64,000 nt of DNA from Vicugna vicugna (GCA_013265495.1 MU059176.1:3655720-3719719), one strand, 5' to 3'. Shown: positions 1-13,239, counted from the first letter of the stretch. Numbers and translations are program-made. The notes: a model not told the origin generated them from the sequence alone.

Positions 1-34
1 CCCTAGGAAATGTTACTGTAAGATTCAAAAATGC

Positions 35-125
35 AGATGCACCTGAAACTAACACAGCGTTGTAAATCAACTGTTCTTCAATTTAAAAATAAATAAATAA
101 AATGAATTAATTAAAAATAAAAAAT
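35..125 (+). mobile_element. L1 3' terminus with A-rich tail
   Basis: cacctgaaactaacacagcgttgtaaatcaactgttcttcaatttaaaaataaataaataaa. Confidence 0.7.
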
Positions 126-3100
126 GCAGATACTTTATGGAGATCACTCCACTCAGCCTCCAAATGGCTGCATACAGATTTGAATAAACAGGAATGTCCA
201 GGACCTGTGCCCTGCCTGCACTGGGGAGGGTCTTCTCCCTCCTCTGGCAGGAGGGAGGGGCCACCTCTGTGCTCAAAAGCAAAACAGGTTCTGCTTCCTT
301 TAATAATTGGAGGGGAGATGGATCTGGGCCATGAGTCAGCATAAAATTTCTATAGCCAGAGAAATCTAGAGCTGGTGGAGGGGAGAAATAGCCCACCTTC
401 CTCACCAACTAGATCACTTCACAGAGAGAAATGGATGCCCAGGACAGCGTGTCATTTTAAAGCAGTTAATGGTAGGAGGGGGGAGCTTTTCTTGGAGCAG
501 TCTGTGATTTCTATATATAAAGAGAAATTTTAAAACACTTAAGCAATGTCTCTCCCTGAAATATACTGAGATACTCTTTTTCTAAGTTAAGATAAATAGA
601 ATGTCTGGATTCTTTTTTCTTTCTAAAATGAATTTTCTTTTATTCAAATCTGCCACTTGATAAATGGTTTTCCAGATAATTTCTGCATTATTACATTTAT
701 AAAAAAAAATGACAGTTTTAAAATGTTTGGTTATATTGTCTCCATATGTTTTGGTTTCTATAATTACCTAATTTCATGATGCTTTCTAAAAATTTAGTAA
801 TTATCACTTAAAGTATTTGTTATTTTTCTGTTTTCCAAATTTAACAAAGAGTAATGTCATGTATTCATTTCAATGCATACCTTTTTTTCCACTTTGATGG
901 ATCTTGCCTATTGTTCTAATAAGAAAAATTATCCTGAGATATGATGGCTGCCAGATGTTAACACTGAAACTCCCTGAACAGCTCCATCTTTCATCTGTAG
1001 TCTCAGTCTGCCACAAATAAGCTGCAAGCGCAGGAACCCAGAAGGTGGCACCTAGGGTGTTCCTTTTAAGTTGCTGCCCTACAGAAAGTCTCGGCTCCCC
1101 TGCGGCTCCGGGAACATATCCAGGATATGGACAAAAATCTCATCACCAACTCTCCTGTTTTCTGGGGAAATTCAGCATTCCTGCAAACTGGTATTTGCTC
1201 ATAAGAGAATCCTGCCCTGTCCTAATGCCAGACTCCCCCCTATTCATAATACCCAACACGTATTCACTGAGGACAGACAGACAGAATCCCATGGTAATAT
1301 TTCCCACAGATAAAATTTCAAAAATAAAGCCTCAGTACTTCCCAAGGATGCAGTATCTCAAAAGGCTTTTATTTTTAACAAGAATCAAGGCATGGGAGAC
1401 AGAACCACACCTAAGATGCAGCAGCCAAGGCCACTTTCCCAGGGAGCTGAACTCTGGGCAGGAGAACCCACACGTCTGCAGATACCTAGGGTAAGTCAGT
1501 CACACAGGAAAGCCGACTTTAGGTGCAAAGGGAATGACGCCAATCAACCCCAAAACCTCTCCAGCATCACCACCCGGAACTGTGCCTTGGGCTTCATTCA
1601 TCTCCCCAGCAGCAGGCCGACCTCTAGTGAGTTTGTTTGTTTTTCAGGACTGCTCATAAATTATCTTACCCAGATTCAAATACTTTGTTCTGCAGGACAA
1701 TGGAGGGGAGGGTGGGGTGAATGCGAAAGCGAGAACCAAACCCAGCGGGTCTCAGGACTGTCTGGTTAAGTGTAAATTTGGCGATAATCTTCTCCCTTGC
1801 CTCTTGCTGCACGGACTGGATGATATTCTGCAGCCTAAAGAGAACTGTTTTTCAGAGTGAAGGGCATTTGTGGAATCTGTATGACTACGATAGCGTCGCT
1901 GTGAAGCGAGCACCTACTGCGTGCTGGCCACATCACAGGTGCGCTTGGCACGTTATGTGGAACTGTCACACCAGCCCTGCAAGGTGGGCTCCCTCGGTCC
2001 CCATTTCTTTAGGAGAAAGCTGAGTCTCAGGGAAGCCCAGGAGCTGCCCGAGGCCCTAGAACCAGGGAGGGCAGACACAGACCCCACCCCAGGTGTGCCT
2101 GACTTCAAAGCCCAAGGCAATTCCTGCCTCACCAAGCGCTGAAGGCTGATACTAAGCAGAAAGCTGTTAGATAAAAGAAAGGATTCAAAGATGCATTGTG
2201 TTTCCTGCTCAAACACTAAAAAGGCAAAGTTAACGCTGAAGCAGCTTCTCAAGGAAAGAGCATCTTCTTGAGCTTCAATAAGAAAAGCATTAAAGCAATT
2301 GAAGAAATGGTCTCCTTTTGATCCCCCGTGCTTCTGTTCTAAAGGAAAGCAATTCTATTATGTTAAGTTCCTCGAGTCTTATCATGCAAACAGTATTGTT
2401 TTTGAGGTTTAAAAAAAAATCTCAAATAAAAATTTGTGGAGTTCTTTATTATTCANNNNNNNNNNNNNNNNNNNNNNNNNNNNNNNNNNNNNNNNNNNNN
2501 NNNNNNNNNNNNNNNNNNNNNNNNNNNNNNNNNNNNNNNNNNNNNNNNNNNNNNNNNNNNNNNNNNNNNNNNNNNNNNNNNNNNNNNNNNNNNNNNNNNN
2601 NNNNNNNNNNNNNNNNNNNNNNNNNNNNNNNNNNNNNNNNNNNNNNNNNNNNNNNNNNNNNNNNNNNNNNNNNNNNNNNNNNNNNNNNNNNNNNNNNNNN
2701 NNNNNNNNNNNNNNAGGTGGGTTATAAAAGGGAAAAAGAAGAAAATAGTCAAAAGACTAGGAAATAACCATTTTTTAAAAAGTCTCTGCTTTTCAGACCC
2801 TGCAGTGCCCATGACACTGTCACCTGCCCTCTAGACTTCTTGATACAGGAGCAAATTCCTCTACTAACGGAAGCAACGTCGTCTTTATAAAACTATGTAG
2901 GCAATCACAACGACCCATTTTCATAGCGATTTGTAACTGCAGTGTATCACGAAACTCTCAGGCTCAGAGTGAAATAACAAGGCTTGGTACTTCTGCTAAT
3001 GGCCTGGAGGGTATTTAGAAACACAGGGGAGAGGCAGGAAGAGGAAGAGTACCTCTTGGCTGAGTACTAGATAAATTACGCTCAACATGGCCCCCCTTCT

Positions 3101-3799
3101 AGTGGCTTCCATTCAAAATTCAAGTGGCCACAGAAGCCAAGCATTTGGCTTCTTCTAAATGATCCAGAGTTTATTGTAGGCTCAAAAAAATGACTGTGCA
3201 GGCCTCCACACACTGCCCTCAAGTCAGGAGCAGGTGGCGGCGGCTCTCAAATGCCGTGAAGCAGCCCAGCATTCGTTATTCACCATCCCCCTGCTACAAT
3301 GCCCACCCCAACCTCAGCAACGACCATCCTCAAAGGCAAATTCAGTGTCTGTTATCATATCAGGATGGAGAGCCAATAGGGAGCATACCAACCGACGAAT
3401 AAATCCTGAAATTTTTCACTCTTCTCCTAACCCCAGGCTTTGAGTAAAAATCAACTGTGAACTGGAAACACATGGGATGGCGGGCACGATGCCAAGCAGG
3501 CAGAGAGGGACACTTGGTGATGGATTGCTTAAATAATGGAGATGTGCTCAAAGCTGTAGGCCAGATGACTCTCCCTGAGGGTGCTTGAGGAACTAGAACC
3601 ATTAGCTCTCGCTTTTGAGAACCCGTGGAGAGCTTCACCAACACGGGAGAAATGCCCATTGAGTGCCTCCTTCAGAACCAGCCAACAGGGGAGGCGGGAG
3701 GGAGGACCAGCCTGGGCCCACCGAGCCCGACCAGGCCCCGCCGTGAAGCTGGTTTGAAGTTCTGCCGAGCAGCCTCCCGCCACACTCTCATGTACTTAC

Positions 3800-3936
3800 T
3801 GTTTGTATTCGTCATCTTTCATCTTCAAACAGAAGGTCTCCAGAACCCTCCTCAGCTCACGTGGTTGAACCAGACCAGTCTTGTTAATGTCAATGAGCTT
3901 AAAGGCTTTGATAACAGTTTTAATGTTTTTGAAAAT
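3800..3936 (-). CDS. EFCAB6: EFCAB6 coding exon 5 (137 nt): IFKNIKTVIKAFKLIDINKTGLVQPRELRRVLETFCLKMKDDEYK; EF-hand loop DINKTGLVQPRE
   Basis: Matches recalled human VFKNIKTVMKAFELIDVNKTGLVRPQELRRVLETFCMKLRDEEYEK. Acceptor ctttttatatacag|A; donor ACA|gtaagt; phase 0 in, phase 2 out. Confidence 0.96.
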
Positions 3937-5299
3937 CTGTATATAAAAAGAGATTTAGGAAAAGTCAAAAGATCCAGTGGTAAAAAATCAAGACTACAAT
4001 TTAAAAAAAAGTGAAAGTGTTTAAATACTTCTTGTAAAATAAAATGTTTTCAAAGACTCACAGTCGTAGATACTGCAAAATGACACGTCTATGGAAAAAA
4101 AGGACACTTTACATTTATTGAATGTTTTCAAAGCAATTTTCTCTGTAAATGGTCTTAGTTTTTTAGAAAAAACTTTCTGATATAAAGCAGTAAGCTTCAT
4201 ATACAATTTACTCCCTTTTGAGTCATATGAAAAAATCTTTTTTGTTAATTGATACTTTAAAACTATAGTTTTGGCATAGCTGGACTTGGACAATTTTTAT
4301 TTTTCATAGCCATATGCAAACTATTTTTACTAGGAGCTGAAAAATATGAGTATATATTTCAACCCCTCTGAATTTTTAAAAGATATTACAGGAAAGTTTT
4401 ATAGCCATCTTTCCCAAATTCAGCAAATGCATATTTACTGGGCACAGACCTGCAAAGGCATTTGGTCAGGAGACGCAGAGCTGTGTGCTTGCCCTGAGCG
4501 ACTTCTATGTGAAGGAAAGAAACACCCTCGGGGGCTCACGTGTGTCCAGCCCACAGCCATGTGACTGAATCCTCCCGACCCACATGAAGGAAGTAACCTT
4601 TCCCCAACTTCAGTAAGATCCGAGGTTCGGGGAGGCAACATAAGTCACCTGTCATCACCTGGCTAGTTGATAATGATGCTGGGGTTCAAACTCACGTCCA
4701 TCTCCGAACCCCACTTCCCACGAAGAAGATAAGACATGCAAATAAATATTCAGTCAAGGTGACCCATGGGAACAAGTGCCAAACAACAGCGACAAATAAG
4801 GAGCTGTCGTCTTCACAGAAGACAACAAATACTTCCAGTGGAGCCGTCTGGAAGGCTTCCTGCAGGAGGTGACATCTGAGCTAGGAGGGGGCTAGGGCAG
4901 GACGGGAGGGCATGACGGTGGGACTGTGGATGAAGAGTGATGACTGTCAGTAGGGCTAGATCCGGGGAGGTCTGACTACATCCTGTACTAGATCAAATCC
5001 AAGTCCAGCCCAGAGCTGAAGGGAAATTAGTGCACCTCAAGGAAGGAGTTTAGGGAAAATTCCAAGATGATCAGGTTTGTTCCCTATTTCCTCAGCATCT
5101 TCTCTGATCCGGGGCTGACCCAGAAGGAGCCCTCGGGCAGAGCCCTCCTGGGAAGGAACCACTGAGCTGGTGGGAGAAGGGCTCCTCCCTGGCTGCTCCT
5201 GGCTGGGTCATCTGGGGCCCTCCTGCCCCCATCACACCTGCCCTGCCTCCAGCACCACTCGTGGGGTCCGACTCCCAGTCTCAGCTCCCGGTCCTTCTC

Positions 5300-7350
5300 C
5301 CATCCAGAAGGTACCGCTGCCTGCTCAGACTCACACTTTGTCACCAATAACTGCCGCTTTCCAAAACCAAGCCCCACATTAACACGTGAAAGTCCCACCT
5401 TTCAGCTCCCTCCTCTGACGGCTGACCTCCAACAGCCTTCTCCCCTCCAGACCTCCACCTGCTGCTCCGGCTCCTTTCCACACTCCCCTCCCTCTCCTCC
5501 TCACCACTGTTCCCCTCCAGCCATGGGTCCATCTGTATAACCACCCGCCACCTCCCTCCTCCTCCTGCATCTCTCTGTCTTGGCAAGATTCTAACTTCTA
5601 ACCCATGTCAAGTCCAACTCACCACCTATTCCAAGCACCTGATATGGCTGGAGAGCACTTACCTGGGTCCCCTCACTCGAGACCACCAACGCCCCCAACT
5701 GGGCATGCATCGTAATCCTCCTCTACGGCGTAGTCCACTCAACCCCCACGCCCCACCACCACCAGGCAGCCTTTCCCACAGTCTCCACTCTCCTTCCCTC
5801 CCTTCCCACCCCTCCTCTGTCCTCTCCACTGATAATCCTCTTTATTTACAGAGAAAAGAGAAGCAACTGGAAGGCAATAGCCTAAAGCTCCCCCACACCC
5901 CCAGCCTGTCTGCCTCCGTACCCAGCGATCGGCCTCCCCCAGTCCCAGGACGCTGCCCTTATGATACATGTGACCCCGCCACTCCCAGGCATGCAAGGAC
6001 CCGCTCCTGCACCGTGGTCCCGACTCCACTCTCACACCCACTACGGTGAAACGCCTTAGAAACGAGCCCCCTCCTCGCCTCACCTCCTCCTCCAGCCACA
6101 TCTTCCCTTTTGCAGAAATCCCCCCTTGGAGCTGCCTGCTCCCTGACTCCCACGTGTCTCCCCTACCCAATCAGTTTTGGACCCACCACTCCACAGAAAC
6201 TGTGACCTTGTGAGGGTGACTCTGCCAGACCTGGCAGCTCGTGGGGGCCCGTCTTGCTGTCCCCGCTGCAGCCCTCCACCCAGGTCACTGCCCCTTCTTC
6301 CTGGACACACGTCTCCCGTGGCTCCCACACCCCTGCCCCCAGTTCTCCTCCTCCTTCTGGCTTTGTCTGGTGCCTGCCAGGTTCCTCCCCTGCCTCCTGA
6401 ACTCTGGGTGCCTGCAGACATGGGCCTCGGGCCTCCTGGTTCTCTAACCACTTACTCCCAGGTGGCTCAGCCCTGTGGCCTTAATGACCACCGGATCACC
6501 CTCAGGTGTCTGTCTCTGTCCCCTCCTCTGAGGCAGGTCAGGATCTCCACCTGCCTTGCTGACATCCACCTTGAGAGCCTAACAGACATCCCAGCTTCGC
6601 CAGACCAGCCTGCTCATCCCCCAGCCTCCTCGTCCCCCCCGGCAGGTCCATCCTGCTGGGTCCTCATCTCACACCCCACGTCTAGCCTAGCCCGAGAGCC
6701 CGCAGCCCTCCCTTCAAAACATTTCTACCATCCAGCCCTGTCTCTCTGCCTTACACCCGATGGCTGGTGCAACGGCCTCCCATTTGGTCTTCCAGTGTTC
6801 ACGCCCGACCCCACAGAAAGTCTCCATGCAGCCGCCAGGGCATTCTGTTTAAACGGAAGGCTGAGCATGCCCTCTGCTCCCTGCCCTCCAGCGGCTCCCA
6901 GCCCCTCAGGTCAAAGGCGAGGGCCCCACAGACTGGCTCTCATCTCGCCACCCGGCCCCTGGCTCAACTCTGCTGCTCCCCAAGATGCCAGCCAGGCTCC
7001 TCCTGCCTCAAGGCGTTTGCTGTTTGCACTTGCTGTTCCTTCTGCCTGGAACGTTCCTCCCCAGGCACCCACTGGCTCCTCCCTTACTTCATTTGGGTCT
7101 CGGCCCAAATGTTATCTTACCTAGAAGGCCTTCCCCGCCCCCGCCCCCAGCACTCATCTTCTTCAAAGTGCTTCTCATCAACTAATTTAATGCTTGTCTT
7201 TATTGTCTGTCTCTCCCTCCTGCACATCCGCTTCCTGAGAGCAGGGTTCTGTTCACTGCTACCCCCTCCCCCCGCCCCCGGGGTCTAGAACAGCCACCGG
7301 CGGAGTGCGAGACTCAGTGTGCATCTGCTTGAGCGAATGGATGAATGAAT
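5300..7350 (+). mobile_element. LINE-2 remnant
   Basis: C/T-rich L2 texture (ttcaaaacatttctaccatccagccc, gcacttgctgttccttctgcctggaacgttcctcccc) ending in ttgagcgaatggatgaatgaat. Confidence 0.7.
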
Positions 7351-9224
7351 CCCTCCTCTTTTCACCTGCTTGGAAAAGAGCCACACTCCGAGGAAGCCCT
7401 GTTACATGTCTACAAACACATGCCTCCTCGGGGCCAATCCTGACAGTAATGACGGTCACATTCAATGTGACAAAGATGACAAAACTATGATAAGTGAACA
7501 AATATTAATTGGCGTTTGTTACGTGCAACAAAAGCCCTGTGCTAAACTGTACGCACATCTCCCACCTCCTCCAACTAGAGGGGTTCGGCCGAAATGATCT
7601 TAATGTTCAGAACGGGGCACACCCAGCGAGGAGGAGCCACGCAGCGTCAGCTGGAAGGAAACGGGCTCGTGCATTCACCGTCAGCCCCATCACTTTGTCT
7701 GCAAGAGTGGAGCCCCGGCCACGGAGAGCACTTGTGCCCACAGGCAAACGAAAAATCTCAGCACCTTGTCTGCTGCCAAATCCTGATTCACCTCTCCTGG
7801 TAAAACGAGAGGACATGAGGCGATGTGCTTTTTTAAAACCCAAAGCAACCCATATGGATCTCCGGCGCGGGAAGCAGGGAAGCAGCGAATCTGGCACAGA
7901 ATTCACACCCACCAGAGGTATGTCTCCAAGTTTCTTATCATTTGTCAGACTGAAGTTTGGCAAGATCTAGATGGAGCTGCAGATGGTGAGGCTTATCAAA
8001 GGCACCGGAGTTAGGGCCGTGGTGTGAAGACTTGTCCCACATATGACGGGAAAGAAGAAAAAGTACAAACGAATAAAAGCCCCCGGCCCCTGCTTCGCCC
8101 CACTTCCCTCCCCCTCGAAATGAGAAGAGGAAACGGTAAAGGGAGAAATCGGGCTGACGTGGGCAGCTTCGGTCTCCTTCCTAGGCCAGCTAGACCTACC
8201 ATTTTGATAAAAACGGGACAAGTCTGCATTCAGAGTTACTCTGTCTGAGCCTCTGCTTACCCCCGACTCCAGCTCTGACTCTCACCCCAGGTCCCTGGGC
8301 TCCAGCCACAGCCAACTATTTCACAAGCTCTCCAGCTGATCTGAGCCCCTCCACCTCCCCACCCCGCCGCCCCCCAGCCCCCCGGCTCTCCCCACCTCCC
8401 TCTGCCCCAGCTACAGCTTCCCTGACCTTTCTCACACACACCGAGCCCGTGCACCCTTCAGGGTTTCTGCATGCTGGGTTTCCTCCGCTGGACAGCTCCT
8501 TCAGGGGCTTCGATCAGGTCTCGGTCATGTGCCACCTGCTCCAGGAGGCCTTCCTGACACCTCCACAAAAGCACGCCCTCATCCCTTTTCTCCCTCGCGT
8601 CCATCCACACCTGGACGTCTCATGTTTCTCTTTCTGTTTGCTGTCTTTCTTCTTCCACTGAAATGTAAATGCCGCGGAGGGGACCTGGCTTCATCTGCTG
8701 CTGCACCCCCAAGTTGAGAACAGTCCCTGGGCAGAGTGGATGCTCATAAATACTTGCGTGATGAGTTCACAGCTATGCTGCTGCCCAAAGGCCCCGCCCC
8801 GGCCCTGCCGTCCACTCTCCACTCGGGGCAGGAACCGGCACCTTCACACCAGGCTTTCCTGCCGCACTTCCAGCCCATCGCTGGCCCCTGCCCTCCACAT
8901 GGACATCTTGGTGTGTTCTGCCTGAAAGTGGTCCCCAGCCCCCTCCCCTGCAGCAGGGGGTCCACTCCCACACCTCTCCAGGTGCTCCGCCCCCCTTCAG
9001 TTCCCCATCACTTCTCAGGGGGAGGGCTCAGAGAGGGCCAAATCCACGGAGAGAGGAGGAAACTGCCACACAGCTCACAAAAGGAGAAGGGCCTCCTTCC
9101 AAATCCAGCTTCTCAGAAAGGAAAGCATGGGCTTGCCCCATGAGTGCAGGGACCAGCCTGGGGTAGGTGCCCCCGCCCAGACCCGGTGCCTGCAGAGGCC
9201 CAGCTCCCCTCCCGGGCTCCGGGT

Positions 9225-9533
9225 GCTGCCACCTCCTGCCTGCCGCCTGACTCTGTCTGCCTGCAAGCTAAGAATGGGTGTTACATTTTTAAATGGTTGA
9301 AAAAAATCAAAAGAAGGCTATTTTGTGATGCATGAAAGTTATATGAGTTTCAAATTTCAAAATCCAAAAGTGAATTTTATTGGCGCCCAGCCACTCCGTT
9401 CATTTATGGAAATGAAACTGCCCGGGGCTGCTTGCCTCCGTGCAAGGGCAGAGTTGAGCAGTCAGACTGAACAGCCTGGCCCCCCAAGATCTAAATAGTT
9501 ACCATCTTCACAGGGGAAGTTCACAACCCCTGC
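9225..9533 (+). mobile_element. MER58-type hAT-Charlie element
   Basis: gctaagaatgggtgttacatttttaaatggttgaaaaaaatcaaaagaag...ggcagagttgagcag...caacccctg matches recalled MER58B. Confidence 0.8.
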
Positions 9534-10077
9534 TCCCCTCCTTCCCATCTGAGTGGGTGGTAGGTGTCACAGCAGCTTCAGGTGCACAAACAAGAGAAGC
9601 CCGGAGAATTTAAAAAGAAAACCCAAACAGAAGCTAATTATGACTCTGAATTAAAGCCTCAGGAGCCAGGAAGTGGCCTGAGGCTCTCTGAAGATGCAGC
9701 TGGGAAGTCTTCTCCTCCCGACCCTTCCCCATCTTCAGCACCAGACTCAGCCCGACCCATTCAGGGGGCCAGGGGCCCAGCCAAGAGCTGCTTCCCACCT
9801 TCTCTGAGCCCTACGCCAGGCTTAGGAGTAGCTGCCCCAACCAGCCCCCCACTAGACTCCCCAGCTCCCCACCGCACCCCAGGTTCTCACTGTGGCACTG
9901 CAGACGGAGAGAAGGGCAGCATTTGACCCTCTCCGTGTTCTCAGAGCCCTGGGGGATGATGCGAGAACCAAGCAATCTAGGGAAGGGAACCACAGAGAAG
10001 ATGGACTAAACAGGCTGGACAGTTCCATCTGGACAGCAGGGCTAGGAAAAAGCAAGATCGAAAGCTTTAAAGGAGTT

Positions 10078-10195
10078 GGGGGGAGAGGAAGGAGGGGGAG
10101 GGGAAGGAAGGGGAGGGGAAGAAGAAGAACCACCACCACCACCACCACCACCCCGTTTCACAGAGGAGAGAAGTAAAAAAAGGGGGGGGGGGTAA
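10078..10195. repeat. Purine-rich low-complexity tract: GGA/GGGGA repeats, (ACC)8 at 10129-10152, then A and G homopolymer runs
   Basis: Read directly from the sequence. Confidence 0.85.
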
Positions 10196-10794
10196 GTGAT
10201 TAGTGGAAAAAAAAGTAATAGGAGCAAAATTAAATTAAAACATTCCCCAGAAGATTTAGATGAATTCATGGAGGGAAGACTCCCAAGTGTCACTACAAGG
10301 AGCAGAGAGTGCCTGCCCTGAGGAGCAAAGGCAGGGAGGAACTGGAAGGGAAACCTTGTCCAGACACCTCCCACGGAAAGCCACACAAAGAACCTGGGCA
10401 GCTGTTTTCTGGGTTACCTTGGACCAGCGACCTGACTCGTCTGAATTTCAGTCCCGGCTTCTATGAAACGGGAATGAATGGGGCACTGCACCGGTGTGTG
10501 CGGATGGAATGAGCTCACGTGTGCAGGTGCCTCGCAGGGAACATACTCAATAAATGGTGGTGTGATAGGAATTGCTGATCAGTACCAAAGGCTGAGGACA
10601 GAGTTCCAAATAACCAGAGAGCCACACGCCCATGCTGGGGAACAGTAAGTGACCGAACCGGCACTACTTCCCCCGCTCCACCCAACTCCACTGCCCCCTT
10701 CACTTCCCCACTGCCCAGCCTAAGTGAACAGACACCTTGGGGGGAAGAAGGTCTTCAGTGGACAGGAGTCCAGGGCCAAGAATAGGGCCTGGAT

Positions 10795-10950
10795 CCATGA
10801 ATATTTGTTAAGCGGATGGATGGATGAGGAATGGATGGATGAATAAATGGATGATGGATGGATGATAAATAGATGGATGGACAGGGGGAGGCAGGGAAGG
10901 AGAAATGCATGCATGCATGCATGCATGGATGATGGGTAGATGGATAGATG
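10795..10950. repeat. Compound (GGAT)n microsatellite with an embedded perfect (ATGC)5AT palindrome (10905-10926)
   Basis: Read directly from the sequence. Confidence 0.9.
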
Positions 10951-11220
10951 GGTGTTACAACATTTATGGGGAAGAGGCTTTGGTAAACCAAGGAAGTCCT
11001 TAAAGAGACAGGACAGGTGCCTGCAGAAGGACAGACAGGCACGTCATTTCTGTGGACTCAGTGATCTGCTCTGCACCTTCCTGGGGAAAGGAACTGAGAA
11101 TTGAACAGAGATAGCAGAGCAGGAGGGGCAGATTAGGGCAGTCTGCACACCTGTTGTTGGCACAGACAGGATGTGTGGATTTTCCATGGGTTAAGTGGAA
11201 ATCAAGAAAGGTAGAAGGCT

Positions 11221-13001
11221 AACAATGAATTATCAGAAAGAGAAATTAAGGAAACAATCTCATGTATCATTGCATCAAAAAGAATAAAATATCTAGGAAC
11301 AAACCTGCCTAAAGAGGCAAAAGACATTTACTCTGAAAACTATGAGACACTCACTAATGAAAGAACTGAAGATGACACAAACAANNNNNNNNNNNNNNNN
11401 NNNNNNNNNNNNNNNNNNNNNNNNNNNNNNNNNNNNNNNNNNNNNNNNNNNNNNNNNNNNNNNNNNNNNNNNNNNNNNNNNNNNNNNNNNNNNNNNNNNN
11501 NNNNNNNNNNNNNNNNNNNNNNNNNNNNNNNNNGTATAGAAACACAAAATACTTTGAATAGCCAAAACAATCCTGAGAAAAAAGAACAGAGCTGGAGGAA
11601 TTACACGCTTGGCTTCAGACTATTCTACAAAGCTACAGTCATCAAAATAGTATGGTACTGGCACAAAAACAGACACACAGATCAATGGAACAGGATAGAA
11701 AGTCCAGAAATAAATCCATGCACTTGTGGTCAATTAATCTATGACAAAGGAAGCGAAAACATACAATGGAAAAAAGACAATCTCTTCAGTAAGTGGTGCT
11801 GGGAAAACTGGACAGCTACCTGTAAAAGAATGAAACTAGAACATTCTCAAACACCATATACAAAAATAAACTCAAAATGGATTAAAGACCTAAATGTAAG
11901 ACTGGATAGTATAAAACTTTTAGAGGAAAATAAAGGCAGAAGACTCTTTGACACAAATTGCAGCAATATTTTTTTTGGATCTGTTTCCTAAAGTAAAGAA
12001 AATAAAAGTGAAAATAAACAAATGGGACCTAATTAAACTTAAAAGCTTTTGCACAGCAAATGAAACCATTGACAAAAAAAAAAAAAAGACAACCTGCAGA
12101 ATGGGAGAAAATATTTGCAAACGACATGACCGATAAGGGATTAATATCCAACATGTACAAATAGCTCATACAACTCAGCATCAAAAAAACCAAACAACTT
12201 GATTAAAAAATGAGCAGAAAAGCTGAATAGACATGTTCCAAAGAGTAAATGCAGATGGTCAACAGGCACATGAAAAGATGCTCAGCATGGCTATCNNNNN
12301 NNNNNNNNNNNNNNNNNNNNNNNNNNNNNNNNNNNNNNNNNNNNNNNNNNNNNNNNNNNNNNNNNNNNNNNNNNNNNNNNNNNNNNNNNNNNNNNNNNNN
12401 NNNNNNNNNNNNNNNNNNNNNNNNNNNNNNNNNNNNNNNNNNNNNNNNNNNNNNNNNNNNNNNNNNNNNNNNNNNNNNNNAAATCAAAAGCACTAATTCA
12501 AAAGGATACATGCACCGCAATGTTCACAGCAGCATTATTTACAATTGCCAAGATATGGAAGCAACTTAAGTGTCCACTGACAGATGACTGGATAAAGAAG
12601 ACATGGTCTGTATGCAATGGAATATTACTCAGCCATAAAAAGAATGAAATTTTGCCATGCAGCAACATAGAGGGCATTATGCCAAGTGAAATAAGTCAGA
12701 GAAAGACAAATATTCTGTGATATCACTCATATGCGGATTCTAAAAAATACAACAAACTAGTGAATATACCAGAAAAAGAAGCAGACTCAGATACAGAGAA
12801 CACACTAGTGGTTACCAGCGGGGAGGTGCGGGAGGGGCAATGTAGGGGTGCAAGAGTGGGAGGTGCAAACCACCGGGTGTAAGAGAGGTTCCAGGATGCA
12901 TTGTATGACATGGGAAACAGCCAATATTTTGTAATAACTGTAAATGGAAAGTAAACTTGGAAAGTTGTGTAAAAGTTTATTAAAAGTTTTTTTTTTTTTT
13001 A
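11221..13001 (+). mobile_element. 5'-truncated LINE-1 (ORF2 C-terminus plus 3'UTR) with a degenerate TSD
   Basis: ORF 11554-11991 contains L1 ORF2 motifs ([50 protein letters not shown]). Flanks AAGAAAGGTAGAAGGCT (11204-11220) and AAGAAAGGTGGAGGCT (13002-13017). Confidence 0.92.
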
Positions 13002-13239
13002 AAGAAAGGTGGAGGCTTGAGCTGTCCTGCTCCCAGGGCCGCTCCTCAGGTGAGGGGATGTGAGCAGCACGGAATGCGGGGTGGGCCACCAGGAGCAGAG
13101 CTGAGGTCTGGAGCGGGTTAAGCCAGAGCTGACCCTCCTCCCCAGGAAACCACACAGCCCGGGGGCCCCCAGAGGACTGTCCTAATCACTTTCCCCTGCA
13201 CCCCAAGAGCACAGCCGTACACGATCCCCGCAGAGGACA

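Noticed and set aside
2140-2440. Lys-rich segment reading KGKVNAEAAS, faintly Tigger-like
   Set aside because: Similarity too short and interrupted by stops to assign.
1-3799. Next EFCAB6 coding exon (recalled FSKHYNIHKDTAVDYNVFLKNL)
   Set aside because: Not found on the minus strand; it presumably lies left of the window, though the N block at 2455-2715 cannot be excluded.
4021-4293. 90-aa AT-rich ORF just upstream of a coding exon
   Set aside because: No homology recognised, no splice sites in phase; consistent with chance or a decayed transposon.
6177-7124. Longest ORF in the window (315 aa, Pro/Ser/Leu-rich)
   Set aside because: Lies within a C-rich LINE-2 remnant; the composition follows from base bias; no recognisable domain or splice logic.
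11554-11991. 145-aa ORF with clear protein homology
   Set aside because: Fragment of L1 ORF2 in a 5'-truncated element, not a host gene.
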